From positions 10,912,001 to 10,976,000 of the forward strand of contig NC_045138.2 in assembly GCF_008831285.2 (NCBI RefSeq): a DNA stretch of 64,000 bases. Direction: 5' to 3'. Position numbers and translations under genes: made by a program. Below the pieces are notes generated by a model. It saw nothing but the letters and a program-made list of their open reading frames with translations, ran no database searches and had not been told where the DNA came from. Below are positions 1 to 13,500 of this stretch, in pieces (positions within the stretch are counted from its first letter, which is position 1; each line of letters opens with the position of its first letter). The DNA is from Nymphaea colorata. Lineage: Eukaryota.

Positions 1-104
1 GGGTAGTCGCATTAAAACATGCAAAGCTCGAGCGGTGATTTGTAATTTCCAAGCGATACGGACACGAAACGGATACTGACACCGCTACAACTGTTACCTC
101 GAAA

Positions 105-112
105 TTTCGCGG
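105..112 (+). promoter_or_regulatory. Putative E2F-binding site (TTTCGCGG) upstream of the RPA-interacting protein gene
   Basis: Exact match to the E2F consensus TTTSSCGS about 130 nt upstream of the ATG at 243. A second identical site lies on the - strand at 597-604. Confidence 0.45.
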
Positions 113-242
113 GCTCGTGCGGTGAATTTTCTGGCGCCAGGGAGCCGAGGAACTAGAAGGCTTCGGCAACTTTGGTTCCTTGCCGTCCTCCTCTTCTTCG
201 TTCGGCTGGAAGTAAATGCACAAATCTATTGAGGGTCCGAAG

Positions 243-3200
243 ATGGATGTCGGTTGTGCAGCCATCCCACCTGAACAGGATCCCCAAAATCTGAAGCCTG
301 ACGGAGATAGGATGGACGAACATCGCCCTAGAAGGACGCTTCTCAAAACCCACAAGCCTAATTGGAAAGACAAGGTAAAACCCTCTCTTTCTCCCCCTCT
401 GGTAATGCAGGAACATATATTTCGTTTTTCATTTGATTCTTTTGTAGAGCAACCTTGCTAGTTGAAGAACTTGATTGAATGATTTGCAGCTTCGAGAGAA
501 TTGTTTGAGGAGGGTTCGGCGTGATCGAGAAAGGTTGCTTTGGAGGTTCCGGCACAATGAGCAACTAAGTCAGGTGATTCCACCGGTTCGAAAATTCCGC
601 GAAAGAGTGATTTGTCGCTTCATGTAGAATAAGGAGGCCATTTGTTTCTCTCAAACAGAGGAATAGCGATGTCCTTGATTTCCAATACAATCTGCTTTAC
701 ATGTGAATCATGAACTGGTAGGGGAAAATTTATTCGACGAGAAGGTGTTTACATGCTTTCATTCAATCAGGAATCTGTAGGATATGGCACAATTACGGAT
801 TGTTCGCCAATGGATGCTTTCATGTTGTCTAACTTTTCTAGACAAGCAGAACTACGGGACTCTTGTTGACGTTCAGTTAAAACTGGTATTCTTATTCATC
901 GTAAACGAGTCCACATGGAAGTTGACTTCTGTCATTTTCCAAGAAGCCATTCATGCTAGTAACTGCTGATAGCAGTCAAACGACCATGTTAGATCCGTGT
1001 GGCTGAATAATTAGTGGCCTCATGATGCTAGAGGAATTGCAGGAATAGTTTGATGATGACAAATGGTTAGTGCACATAATTTTGCAATTTCCATTCTTCA
1101 AGATGCATTTGATATTGGGATCGAAGGAGCTAGCAATATGTTATCTCATTTCAGTTTCAATTATTCCTTGTGACGATCAAGGGAATTGTGCTTTCTGCAT
1201 GTTCTGTAGTTCATCCTCTTTCTGTTTGTCTGATGCAGAATCGTGGAATATCATGACCAATTAGAGAATTGCAAACCAGGGACTTGTATATTGATGTATT
1301 TAAGCACAAAAATAAGAATCTTTCTGTATGCTAGATCAAGAAAATTTCTTTCTTGTCATATTTTTGAATCATAGGCCTGCCTTGCTGGATATTCCTACCT
1401 TAATTTGCTATAAGAAACATTTCCATTCTCAGATATATACATAATCCAGTATCAGTAAGAATGAGTGCCATGGTTTCTCTTGCAGATGTCCTAACAACTT
1501 GCATGCCAATATATTTGATAGGACATGGTCACATCAGCTTTTAGAGACATAGTCTGCGATGAATACCAAAAAATCAGACAGTCTACTTTTGGCATCTCTG
1601 ATAAAATTTCAGAGACCAGTGGTGATGATCCATTGTGGGAATTCAATAGTCTAGATGTGATTTGTGAGTCAAACGAAAGGGAATATATAGAATTGATGAC
1701 TGAGATGGAAAGGCTTCTTCATGAAGATATTGCTGCTCAGGTTATCAAAAGAGGTAAATAAATCATTCTTGATCACCAATCCATTTTTGCTTTTGGTGTA
1801 TTCTAATTTTGGCAACTCCAATACCACTTTCTTTTTATCCTTTTCATCTACAGGTACTTGATATCTGCTAATTATTTCAATAATTTTCACATATTTGTTT
1901 CTGCTAACAAGTTTGGAAATTTTGAACTTGTATCCAGCAAATGCAAGTAACTGCTGGAGCACATGAAATGTTCATGTCATGATAATCTTCTATATGCTTG
2001 TCTGATTAGGGTGCTTCTTTTAGTGACTAGGATGTTATTTGTTTCTGTAATTTTATATTTTATTCAATACTTTACAGATAGACAATTATTAGAAGATTAT
2101 GAGAGGATAGTAGACGATGAAGACAAATATTTGGCCCAAGCTGTTTTTGAGCATATGCAACTTAATGAAAAACAGGTATCTTAAGGCTGGTCTGGTTAAC
2201 TCATTATGCTTCTGATTTGACAGAACTTTATACTTTTTTGAGATAGGAAGTAATGCATGTTGAAGTTACAAACATCTCTAGACCTTTCATGCTTTCCTAA
2301 AGCAACAAGTTACTGGTCATTGAATATTCCTTCTTCCTAGTTCAATTGATCCATGTTACCACTATGTTTATACTTGTTTACTATATATATGCCTATAATT
2401 TCACGTCAAGGGCAAAATTGAAAATGATCTCTCTTGGACAGTATGAACTTGTTTGATTAGCATTCCAAGGATGTTGGGAACAGAATACGTTTGTGGCATC
2501 CACAGGAACACACAAAGAGTGGATGGGAGAACATTGTGGGTCTGCTGCATTATGTAGTAAACCATGAAATCCATGGAACAATGCAAAATAGCCTGTCCAT
2601 TCTGTGTTCCCCCCTATCAATCACTCTACAGCAGGAGCTATGGGTCACTGTCTGCACCAGCCTGTCAAAAATTATATTGAGGTGAAGCTCGACTAGGGTC
2701 CGGCCACATGCGGTGCCCATGCCAGACCAGGGTTGGTGACTTTAAGTGCCTCTCAGCCAAAAATTCCTGGCTCCACCACTTATCTATAAAATCAATTTTG
2801 TGTATGTTTGTTTGCCTGCATGTTATGAGGAGTGAGATTCAATACAATTGGAGAATTGAACTATGGATGTGTTCATATGCATGTTGAAAGGGCATATGAT
2901 ATGGTATTTTGTCAATCCTCCCTTGCTACGTGATTCACTACTGGATGCAAGTTTTGCAGGATCACCAGATTCTACATAATAAGAGTGCCTTGAATACCCC
3001 AGGAGTCCATCTATCCTTGCATCTGGGGTGCCGACTCTTGATGTCACCATGTTTTTTTTGTATTGGTGCGAGCTCTAGGAGGTACCATTATTGGAATTAG
3101 GCAACTCGGTATACAACTGCATATGTTCTTGAGTACATTTCTTATGACAGTACTAACAAGAGTTTTCATAGGTAGAACTGTACATGTCTTTGACTCTATG

Positions 3201-6200
3201 GCTGAAAAACTCTAGTTCTTTTTTAAACAAAAAAGGTTGAAAGCTGAACCGTGAATCATCTGAATGAAGTTCTGGAAAATGGTATGAGAATACTGCATGC
3301 ACTTTTGGTGGTGTTTTATCTACTGCAGCTATCCTAAAAAACTCAGAAAATTGAAACTTGAACAATTGCACATACTTTGTGCACACTGGTGATAAACTTA
3401 CAATCTGATTATTTTTACTATGTGGTTGTCACAAATATAGTTCTGGGTCTAGCTTCTTTTTTTTTTTGGAAGCATAGTTCTGTGGGCCGTGGGCTCCAAC
3501 AATGTAATTGTGGTTTTTAAGTCTTTTAGTGGCCCATAGAATATAATACATTGTTGGTAGGCTTCAGAATCTATCTAGAATTGCACCGTTTTGTCATAAG
3601 GATTGGTTTCGAGTTTGTAGTTTAGTTTTTTCTTGTGTAATAATCTGAAAGTTTGTTTTCCTTAAAAAATATCAAGAATTCAATTAAAAGCATAAGAAAA
3701 GAAATAGAAAATTTATGTAATTTTATACTTTTTTTAGTAATTTTCTTAAAATCATTAGGAAAAATTCCAAATAATTATTAAAATATTAAAGCAACCCCCA
3801 AAAATTTAAAACATATTGAAATTATGTTTTACAAAAATTTGTGAAAAACAGATTCTCTTCATTTTTTTTTTCAAAATACTGAGAAATTTCCATGTTTTTC
3901 CTTATTTTCTGTTTTTAATGTGAAATTTTGAGAAAAATTGTGATATTTGTGAATATGGTGGCAACTCGAACTCCAAAAGGTAACATGGCAAGTATGGACT
4001 CACTTGGCTTTTAGGAAGGAGGACAGTTGGATGTCCTGAAGGGTCTAGGTGGCTTTGCTTTCTATAATGTGTATCCTTATGCGGTAACTTTGCCATTTCG
4101 CTTAAATGTGGCATCTGCATTGATAGTTGCTCCTTCCATCAGTATCTACTAGTACTGTCATAGAAAGTGCATTTTAGCTAGTTTATTAGGAGAAGTTAGT
4201 GAGAAACTCTAACCTTTCATGTTTCTGGTGCAGAAGTATGCTTTTATTTTTATCATGCTAAACAATTCTAAAATTGTTACATGGAAATTATAATCTTTTA
4301 GATTTTTTGGATTGAAAAATATGCTTTTTGTTTCCATTACTCTAACCAATTCTAACATTATTGTCATTCACCTATACGTTTGTCCTAAATTCATAGTGTA
4401 GCCTGGTCCTCTGCTATGTCACGGGTACTCCTCTTAAGGAGGAGTACCGTATGGTACGGGTACGGTATGAGTACGGGTACGGTATGAGTACGGGTACGGG
4501 TACGGCCCTGGTGCGGTCAACGCAGTATTGGGTACGGTCAACGTACCCGAGATCATTTTTGTCCATTTTAGGACTCGGTCAGCTTTGACCAAGTCCAAAG
4601 TTGTCCAGTTTTTTAGTTGAAAATTAAAAATCCCCCTCTCTTTTCTTGTTTCCTTTTTTACTCTAAACCTTGCTTGTACATAGTTCCTCACAACTTTTCA
4701 TTTAAAATCTTCCATACAATGTTTTGAAAATCCATTCCTTGTCTATAACTTGACTCTTCGATAATAGTGTGAGCCATAACCATAGCGATGTCAATATATC
4801 TTAAAAGCGTGACCTGTTGCTCCTTCTAATCTTGATGATGCGACGGAGAATCAAGAAAGCTGATATATTTGTATGTTAATTACTTCCATACTGTGTTTTG
4901 TGAATATGTTATTCATTTTGAAATTTTTTGACATATATATATATGTGTATGGCCGTACCCCGCACCCAAATTTTTTGTAAATGGTCCGTACCCGTACCCC
5001 ACACCAGTACCCATACCCGCACCCGTACCCGTACCTATGTGACATAGGTCCTCTGAAATGGTGGTACTTGTGGTTCCTTAAGATCCTGTTGTTGGTTTTA
5101 CTTGACCCATTAACTGCTGTCAGTTGCGTGATGCTGGTTTTCACATCTGCAAGGTTGATCGAGTTTGGTGCCCTGTCTGCACAAGGGGATACATGCAAGA
5201 GGATCAACATATAGTGTATTGTCGATCATGTGAGCTTCAACTTGATCTTCAAAGTGATAAGGTACCCAAAAGTTCCACACCTCCCAATGCTTCACATAGT
5301 ACACTCACGTGTAGAATTCCTTTTAAACCTGGATTTGGTAGGCTGCTTCCGTTGGAATATTGTTTTTCTTGTCATTATGAACACCATAACTATTGCTGCT
5401 GTGCCGGCTGTAAGATTGTTTGTACATCTTTGGAAAAAATGGAACTAATTGTTTATGAAGTGTCATTAAGTTAGTTGTAATATAACTAATATATAACTAA
5501 GATGGAGCACTGGAAATTGCATATTGATTAAACTTTCAGCCCCATTCAGTCATTCGGTAGCATGTAAACCATAGAGGTTATAGGAACACTAGTGCATTCA
5601 GTGGATGAAGTCAGCAGACTCAGCACTACATGCATAGCAGAAAAATTAGTGAAAAGAGGAACAATAGGCTTTGTGAAAAGATAAACAGAAGCATGGAATA
5701 TAGGGCAGAAACAAGATGGTGAAAGGAAGGGTACATCACCAATTCAACATAGAAGAAATGGACTAGTTCATAAGAACAACACCGATTGAAGATTGTGAAG
5801 AAGATTAATTAAGAAATTAAATTACACAACCACAATTTACAGTAAAGATCTAAATTTTAGGGAATAAACAAGAAAAATTAAACAAACCCTAAACTTGATT
5901 TCGATTTTTTGCTGGAGAAGTAAACATTGGCTGTCGCTGGATGGAAGCCGTCACCGGAGGAGCTGTTGCCAGAGGAGTTGTCGCCGGAGTTGTAGCTGCA
6001 CAAGAGGCTGGCTGTCGCAGTCGCCAGAGTACTGTAGCAGTCGCAGGAGGAGCACCGGCTGAACAAGAGGCTGTCGCAGGAGCTGGAGCTGTCGCCGGAG
6101 GTCGTCGGGCAATGGATGCACAGCCCAGAGCAGCAGCAGCACTTGAAACAGGGTTTCTGAAACCCCGTCGGGGCTTATGAAATGAAACTTAAAAAAGAAA

Positions 6201-7410
6201 ACTAAAAAAACTGCTGGCGGATATGACGTCCGCTCACTTTGACCTCACCCGACTCAACCTTTGACTGGGTCAGGTGTGTGTCCAAACAATCCCGCCACAC
6301 CAGTGCCGAATCGGCAGCTAACCCAGGCATGTCCAGGTGACTTAGCTTATGACTGGTCCGAGTCTTTGAGAAAAAGCTCAAATAGATTGAAAGGTTGGAT
6401 ACCATTTAAGCTTTTGAGTTTTGGCTCATCAAGTTTATAAAGGTTGTCACTTGTCAGAAATTTAAAATCACAGTTATGATGGCAGGGCCATCTTGGTTAG
6501 CAGATCGATTCTGACCAAATAGGTACTTAGTTTGCCAACATCTTGCTTGGGTGTTCAACCAAAGTCCACAGCAAAGTCAACTGTGATATGACTTGTAATA
6601 TCTCCTGGTCCCACATCAGCACAGGTTTAGGGTTGACAATAAGCTGCCTTGGATTGAAGATCACACACGAGTGGATTGTTCTTCAGCTATATGTCTCTAC
6701 CACTGACCCTTGATGGACTAACAGTGTGGTGGCCTATTCCACCATTTGAAATTCACATGCACCTGGTTTGATACTGAAGGAGGTGCATATCGGTCCTGCT
6801 GGAGATTGTTTTGAAACCAAGTTGAGTGATACTTTCATCATGATGGTCTAGTGTTCACAAGTAGAAAGCACATGATAGTTTTGAACGTCTTAGAAAAGAA
6901 ATGCATTTTAACTTTTTAGTATTGCAGGGTTTTGCTATAGGAATGCTCATGTTAACCTACCTGTTTTGTACTTCTCGAGATGGCAATTAATACATTCATT
7001 ACTCGTGTTGCATGTGTGGATAATGGTTTTTCCTAGAAAAGGAAAACATTTTAATCGTTAACTATTATAAGGTTTTGCTATAGAAATGCTCATGTCAGTG
7101 TACCTATTTTGTATTTCTCCAGGTGACAACCAATACATTCTTTACTTTGTGCCACATTTTGTCAAATGGTTTTAATTCAAGAAAGAAGCATGGTTCAACT
7201 CCTACTTTCTGGGTCTTTAATTAACCATAATTATACTATCTATGACAGGTCAATTTGGATTTTGTCAGAGATAGGCTGGGGAAAGTCATAGAAGAGCACT
7301 TGGATAAAGGATGTAGAGCTAAACCTGAATTTTGCTTGGAGACAAGGTTTGGATTTACTGCTTTATACGTCAAGTGTCAGCATTGCGCTACATTCGATAT
7401 TGTAGTTTAG
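243..7410 (+). CDS. RPAIN: RPA-interacting protein (RPAIN/RIP family), 6 coding exons, ~271 aa
   Basis: Exons 243-374, 490-573, 1522-1753, 2078-2175, 5154-5261 (or 5124-5261) and 7249-7410 are all GT-AG and phase-consistent (816 nt). Translation includes LKTHKPNWKDK|LRENCLRRVRRDRERLLWRFR, VWCPVCTRG...YCRSC and EEHLDKGCRAKPEFC...LYVKCQHCATFDIVV*, matching the N-terminal motif and C-terminal Cys/His zinc region of RPA-interacting proteins. The start could also be the in-frame ATG at 216 or 312. Confidence 0.88.
597..604 (-). promoter_or_regulatory. Second putative E2F site (TTTCGCGG) in intron 2
   Basis: The + strand CCGCGAAA reads TTTCGCGG on the - strand. Confidence 0.35.
4414..5047. mobile_element. 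Non-autonomous hAT-type element (MITE), 634 bp, in RPAIN intron 4
   Basis: TIRs CTATGTCAC (4414-4422) and GTGACATAG (5039-5047). Perfect 8-bp TSD GTCCTCTG (4406-4413 and 5048-5055). Subterminal GGTACG/CGTACC repeats face inward at both ends. Confidence 0.85.
5880..6345. mobile_element. Probable truncated end of a hAT-like element with GC-rich GCTGTCGC repeats
   Basis: GC-rich island in an AT-rich intron with repeated GCTGTCGC(A/C)GGAG motifs. It ends in GTGACTTAG (6337-6345), one mismatch from the TIR of the 4414-5047 element. No partner TIR or TSD found. Confidence 0.35.
6927..7195. repeat. Diverged ~143-bp tandem duplication in RPAIN intron 5
   Basis: GGTTTTGCTATAG(G/A)AATGCTCATGT...AATACATTC... 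occurs at ~6928 and ~7071. Confidence 0.6.
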
Positions 7411-9629
7411 TTTGTATTTGTCCAACACCTATAATTGTCCTTTATTTATCTTCTCGCTGTAAATTGCGGCTGAGCTGTTCAATGAAAATGTCAGATGATA
7501 ATTTGAGAAGGTACAGCTTTATTTTATGATAGGAATCCCAGCCGAAAGAAAGGACGCTCATTAAGATATTTACTTATTAACCATCTTGATGTTATCACAT
7601 GTTTATGAGCGTCTACACCTGCATGTTCAAATCGTGCATGTTTTCTGGAATTTGAACACTTTGTCACCAGGGTCGCTACAGGTGACAAATTTTCTATAAT
7701 TTGGACAAAATCTGGATACGTGTCTTCAGATTAGCTATGTTGTATCCTGCAAGTTGCAGGCACTTGGTCACCAGATTCAGTAGAGAATATGGAATTCCGT
7801 AATTGTGACAAAATCTCGATATCCCTCACAGAAAACCCAGGTGAAAAGGCGGGCACTTGGTCTTTTACTTTCGACAGAGTTCATCGAGAGAGTTTTGCTA
7901 CAGTCGCTTGTAAGTGAAAGGATCCCAAGTTTGCTTTTAGCTAATCTAACCTTGTAAACGTCGTCAACAGGTCAGTTTACCGTGAGCTTGCATATGGGTT
8001 CTAAATGCTGATGTAAAAATGGGTCTTCGTATCCACTATAAAAAACTGATGGCTAAGTGCACTGAATTTTTTGCGGACGCAAAAAGCGTCTCATAAAAAA
8101 CCCACTCAAACCGGTGTTATTGCTTGAATCGGACAATTCGAATAAACTTGTGTCTACCAATTCAAAAGTGTCACATATCAGCCTTTGGCTGTTCCATAAA
8201 TATTTAAGATTTTTAATATATTCGTATACTTAATTTAATTAAAGAACATCTTAATATTTTTTGGCCGGTTCACACCCAATTTATCGGAATTGATCTTTGC
8301 TGATTCGGTTCACAAACCGATTTCTACAGTACTGCTCATACCTTTGTTGGACATATTTATAGCATCATATTGGACCTTCTGTTATAAAAACTTTTCTGAG
8401 CTTATGAACAAATAGGAGTATGATTGCTATCGTGTTTGCTAAATTTTTAGGCTCAGACCTCACATCCATATAGCTGGGCTTGTAAAAAATGTTTGAAAAC
8501 ATGTCAACTAAGAGGTTTGCGATTACAGGAAGATCACAACATAAGAGAATGTATGATCCTTCATGTTTTCGTTCATTAAGGTGTGCAGTCCTTCCAATAC
8601 CAATAGAAGGTGATTCACCGCCAAATCGCATCGAACAGCCAAAATATACTAATTATCATCTTCTACCATTATATTTGCGAGGGGGGTATGACAGTTGAAA
8701 TGATGCTTGATCCTGTCAAATTTCTGTATCAGAACGAATAACGAATGACTTTACAAAAGAAGTCACCTTTCAAACTCGTGCCAATACAGGGCTTAGCTTC
8801 CAATGGTTTTTCCCCCCATATTGGGAGAGGCAATCGTTTTCTGTAAACGTGTATTATTCCCTGCGAATGTCCTGTCATTTTGGGGCTAGAATCGAAACAA
8901 AAAGTCCACCCTGAGTTGCAGAATCGAATTGGTTGACGGCAAAAATCACAAAGGATGGCAATTTATGCACATGCAATCTCAGTTCTCCTCCTTACAAGGA
9001 AGAGAAACCTCTAATTTACCCACGGGTCAGATAATGGATGGGGCTCCAAGAATTCAAAAGAATTTTCAAGACAAGATTTCTTATTGCATAGTTATCCCAA
9101 TACAACTGACAGCTTTTCTATCTCCTACAGTTCATACATGATCCAAAATTGGGTCCAAGCTATACCTAATATCCAATCCAAGTACACAAATTGAAACATA
9201 CCCATTATATGGCAAAAAAATACGTACATATATCACTGATATACACATGCCTCAACATGTTGCAGTGAAGGAGGTGGACCACTACATTCTGTCATTGTAT
9301 AGTTGACGAAAGAGATCTATTGGAGAACTGTTCTCCAGAATGTGTGCGTACTGACGGCTGGATAAATTGCTTCCTGATGAAACGGATCCTAAAATTTGAC
9401 TTCCAAAAAAAAAATATATATTATGAAGCATACACCTTCTAGACACCAGATACCAGCCATGGCAAGCAAAGTATGAGATAGGTTAGAAATGAAAGTTGAT
9501 ACCCTCATACTTCCAAATCAATAAATTCATGTAGAGCAACTTCAGGAAGTCCGAATAGGGGACTTGATCGTTACTGCTGTAAGTGTAGCTTCTTCATAAG
9601 AATTGGTGACGCGAATGCACAGACCTGGA

Positions 9630-10467
9630 TCATGGTTCTTGCTGAGCTCTTCGGCAGAAGCAGACAAGGAATTCTGTGTTTCCTTCAGCTCCTTTTATGG
9701 GAGACTCTATCCAACCTTGGCTGCTAAATCCAAATGCCTCCACGCCTTTCACAATTTTCTCAAGAACCTAGCATATGAAAACTGTCGGGGATTATTCTCT
9801 CGAGTCCTGGGACTAGGAAGGAACTAGCCAATTCTATTTGGTGATGGGCGTCCCCAGCTGTCTAACTGAGGCAGTTAGTTTGCACCATATTTCCTGGGTC
9901 TGGGAAGGAACTAGTCAATTCTATTCGGTGAAGGGCGTCCCCATTTGTCAACGCAGGCAGTTAGTTTGTACTATATTCATTTTCATTGATTGATAAGTGG
10001 ACATAAAAATAGGGAAGAATAATACCTCTTGATGGACAGCAGGATCTCTCACAATTCCACCACGACCTACCTGGTAAAGAAAATGAACCAAAACTTAGAA
10101 CATGATGACAGATTTTTTAACAACTGACCAAGCAATCCAACAAATTAGCTGTGTGGAAAAAACAATGCAAACGTTGGCAAGCATATTATCAGTAATTTCG
10201 TGCAATGTTCAATAGCATTAGGTAGAAGGCCACATAGATATCTAAAACATCAAAAATAGATAGCAACACTCTGAATGCTTCACACATCAAACATAAACGT
10301 TCAAAAAGCATATAAACATTTAAGAAACACAAAGCTCACACAATGTGCACTAAGGCACAACACAAAAGTATAAAGAATAAATAAATTAGAGAAATGTGCA
10401 TAGGAAAGCATAACTACAAGAAGGTTAACTCCACAATAAATAAATATATACATACACACACACACAG

Positions 10468-10521
<54 letters not shown>

Positions 10522-13500
10522 GTCATTTATAATGACTGTAAAGAACCTCTAGAAATAGAAGAATAAAAAAATATAAAAATAAAGAGTTGTGGTATGCATA
10601 CATATTTGCTGTATATATATAGTTATATACACTAACATACATACAAATACACAAGAACATATATACATGTATATGTAGCATGTGCATAGAGAAAACATAG
10701 ATGTACTTGCATTAGACTCTTAATACCTTTCCTCAAACTTATTGTGTAATAAACAAAAATTTTGGTGAAGCAGTTGGTCAATTGTAATTCTAAATTTACA
10801 TAGGCCAATTGAGTATTCTTCCTCTTCACATACCATGCTTATGAAAGGTGTGATTACTAGCAACAGACATCACAGCCTTATTCAACAAAATTTTGCAGAC
10901 TTTGAATATTGAGTCCAATGCATACTTCAGCTACACAATCTCACTGTCGTAGTTGCAAAGACCTATATTCCATTTCAGTTGAGGGGACACAACTGTTCAT
11001 GCATCTTCATATTAGCAATTCACTTAAATTGTACAAAAACTAGTGGTAGAGTAAGAGTTATTTATGTCACCATCTGAATCAGAGTGAGTACTTAATGTCT
11101 AACGATAAATATGATGAGAGAAATAACCCGGCAGTTAGGATTCCCTTAATATATCTAGTTATGTGCAGAACAGCACTCATGTGTGCAGTTGTTGGATGAC
11201 ATTCAACTTAGCTAGCTATGTGCAAAACATGAGTTATGCAAGGGTGAGTTGTATTGAGATACATTATGTAACAACGCTCATTGGTTTTGGCAGGTCGGGT
11301 CGAGTTAGGGTCCAGACCCGGACCCGACCCCCACTCGCGTAAGGAGCCTGACGCGAGGCCCTTCTCCCTCGCCTTTCCCTTTTTCCTCCTTCGTCGTCTC
11401 CTGGTGGTCTCCCGTGACAGCGCAGAGGGAGGAGAAGTGGCGGTCGGTGTGGTGGTGGCTGGAACGGCGACGGCGACGGAGGTGGCAGCGGCGACTACGG
11501 TGGCGGCGGCTTGGTAAACCCTCTCTCTCTCGTGCGATTTTCCCTTCTCTGCCACTCATGCCCTCTTGTTTTTTTTCTCTGCCGCACGTCCCCTCTTCTT
11601 CTCTCTCGCCACTCTCTTTCCCCTTTTCCGCTGGTTCTCTACCGCTCGACCCTCTTCTCACTCACCCGCACTCCCCCACCTGCTCTTTCTCTCTTTTCTC
11701 ACCCCCACTACCGTTTTCCCCCTTGACCGAACCCCTCCTCTCTCTGTCTCTCCTCTCTGTCAGCGTCCCTTTTCTCTTGTTCATTTCAGTTTTTCCCACT
11801 ACTACCGCGGGTCTCTCCTAGCAACAGATTTTGTGTTGAACTTTATTGGACGTGTGTTGACTCTTTCTATGGCGTTTTGGGATTGGATTGCAGTTTAGGG
11901 ACGTTTTTCCCCTCTTACCAGCTAGTAGGGCATGTGGTGAGCAGCGGCAGCAAGCAATCTCGAGCATTGGCACTTGATCGGACGTGTGAAGTGGTTGCTA
12001 GAAGGGTTGTAGCAGTTTGGACGCTTGTTTTGGGGTGAGCGATACCTAATCAAGCTCAAAGTAATGAATATTATCTTCTAAAGCATGTATAATTATTGTT
12101 CGAGCATGCTAGAGCTTATAATTGATGATTTTGGGACGCATGTTAGTCATATTTGTTTTTGGGAGAAACTTAGGATTTGCATTGGAAAGTAATGATTCAT
12201 GTATTTAATGATCGTTTAAGCATGATGGATTAATTTTCGAAGCTTTAGGGAAGCATGGTAGAGATTGTGAGGTTGTGGGGAAGATTTAGAACCGTCTTAG
12301 GGAGTGTAGCGCAGACTTCTGTGAACGGGTGTATCATGAAGTTAATTAGGGAAAATATACGTATTTGGACGTGACTTTGGGTTGATGTCTTAATTAAAGA
12401 ACGTTATTGAGGAAGGAATTAGTGATGGATTGATTGATGGTTGAGGGTTTTGATATTTCGAGGCAACGTTAAGACGTAAAGGAGGAGGCCTATTGGAGAG
12501 CTTGTTGGTCGACACTACCTGTCGACACCCTCTTGAGGCGACGACACGTGCCTCAAGGATTTTATTTTGTATTTGTTCGTTTTTGTTTGAATTGTGTAGG
12601 TATCTAGTAGAAACCTTATTCTTGTTTATGTTTGCAGGTGCACCGGGCACATCCCGTCGACCTTGAATTCGAAGCTTGAGGCATTTTGAAGAATTTGGTG
12701 AGCACACCACAGGTATGGCGACATTCCAGGCAAATCCTTGCCTGGGGCAAATGTGTGATTGTGTGCTCGTAGGATCATGGGATCCTAGGATTGTGATGTT
12801 AATTGATTGATTGCTTTGTGAATGAGTATATGTATGTTGCTTATATGATATGAATGGGTTAGAAAGATTATTAGTCATTTGTTTTGAAAATGTTACGCAT
12901 TGGCATGCTAGAATTGATATCTGTTTAGGCCAGATGAGGCGGTGTATCGAGTCGAGTGTCTCCTCGACCCCAATTGTGCATTAGAAAGCATCATAGAATG
13001 ATAACTGCATAGGACAGCTACGAGCCAACCGCAGATCGAGACTACTCTCTGTGGATTGGCTAAGTTTTTCAAAGAGGTGATTGACGTGATTGATGTGAGG
13101 ATTGATGTGATGATTGATATGAATGTGTACGTTGTTGCATATGCATTGCCATGGGCAACGATGCAAATGGATGAAATAGAGGGTAGTTGTACCTGTACTG
13201 TATGACGGCTAGCAATGACTGTTACTGTATGTATAGACCTCGTGTGGAGGCATTGGGAGGTGTAAGTGCACTCGTAGGGTGTACTAACCTCATGTGCTAG
13301 CCAGTCATCTTGTGAATGAGTAATGATAATGATAAAAAAAAAAAACGAAAGGATAAGAGATGAGAGGCCAGTGGGATGTGGCTGTGTGTTTGGGAGACGT
13401 CCCGTTCTTGCCACTGGTCTCGCCTGTCAGAGCGCAGGCGGTGCAAGGCCCCAGGGTTCTGTTGTGTGTTGTGCTTGGAGCGTTGGGCTCCCGCCTTCCC

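Noticed and set aside
2625..2780. Possible hAT MITE ending CCTGGCTCCACCACT
   Set aside because: The left terminus is too degenerate and no TSD was found.
3575..3970. AT-rich block with TAGAATTGCACC / GGTGGCAACTCGA ends
   Set aside because: Possibly an old MITE, but the TIR match is poor and there is no TSD.
5941..6180. Ala/Gly/Val-rich 79-aa ORF
   Set aside because: Product of GC-rich repeats in a TE-like intronic fragment, with no recognisable domain.
3141..6353. CTTATGAC at 3141 and 6346 as a candidate 8-bp TSD around a 3.2-kb element
   Set aside because: No TIR follows the left copy and the span includes a genuine RPAIN exon, so it is likely chance.
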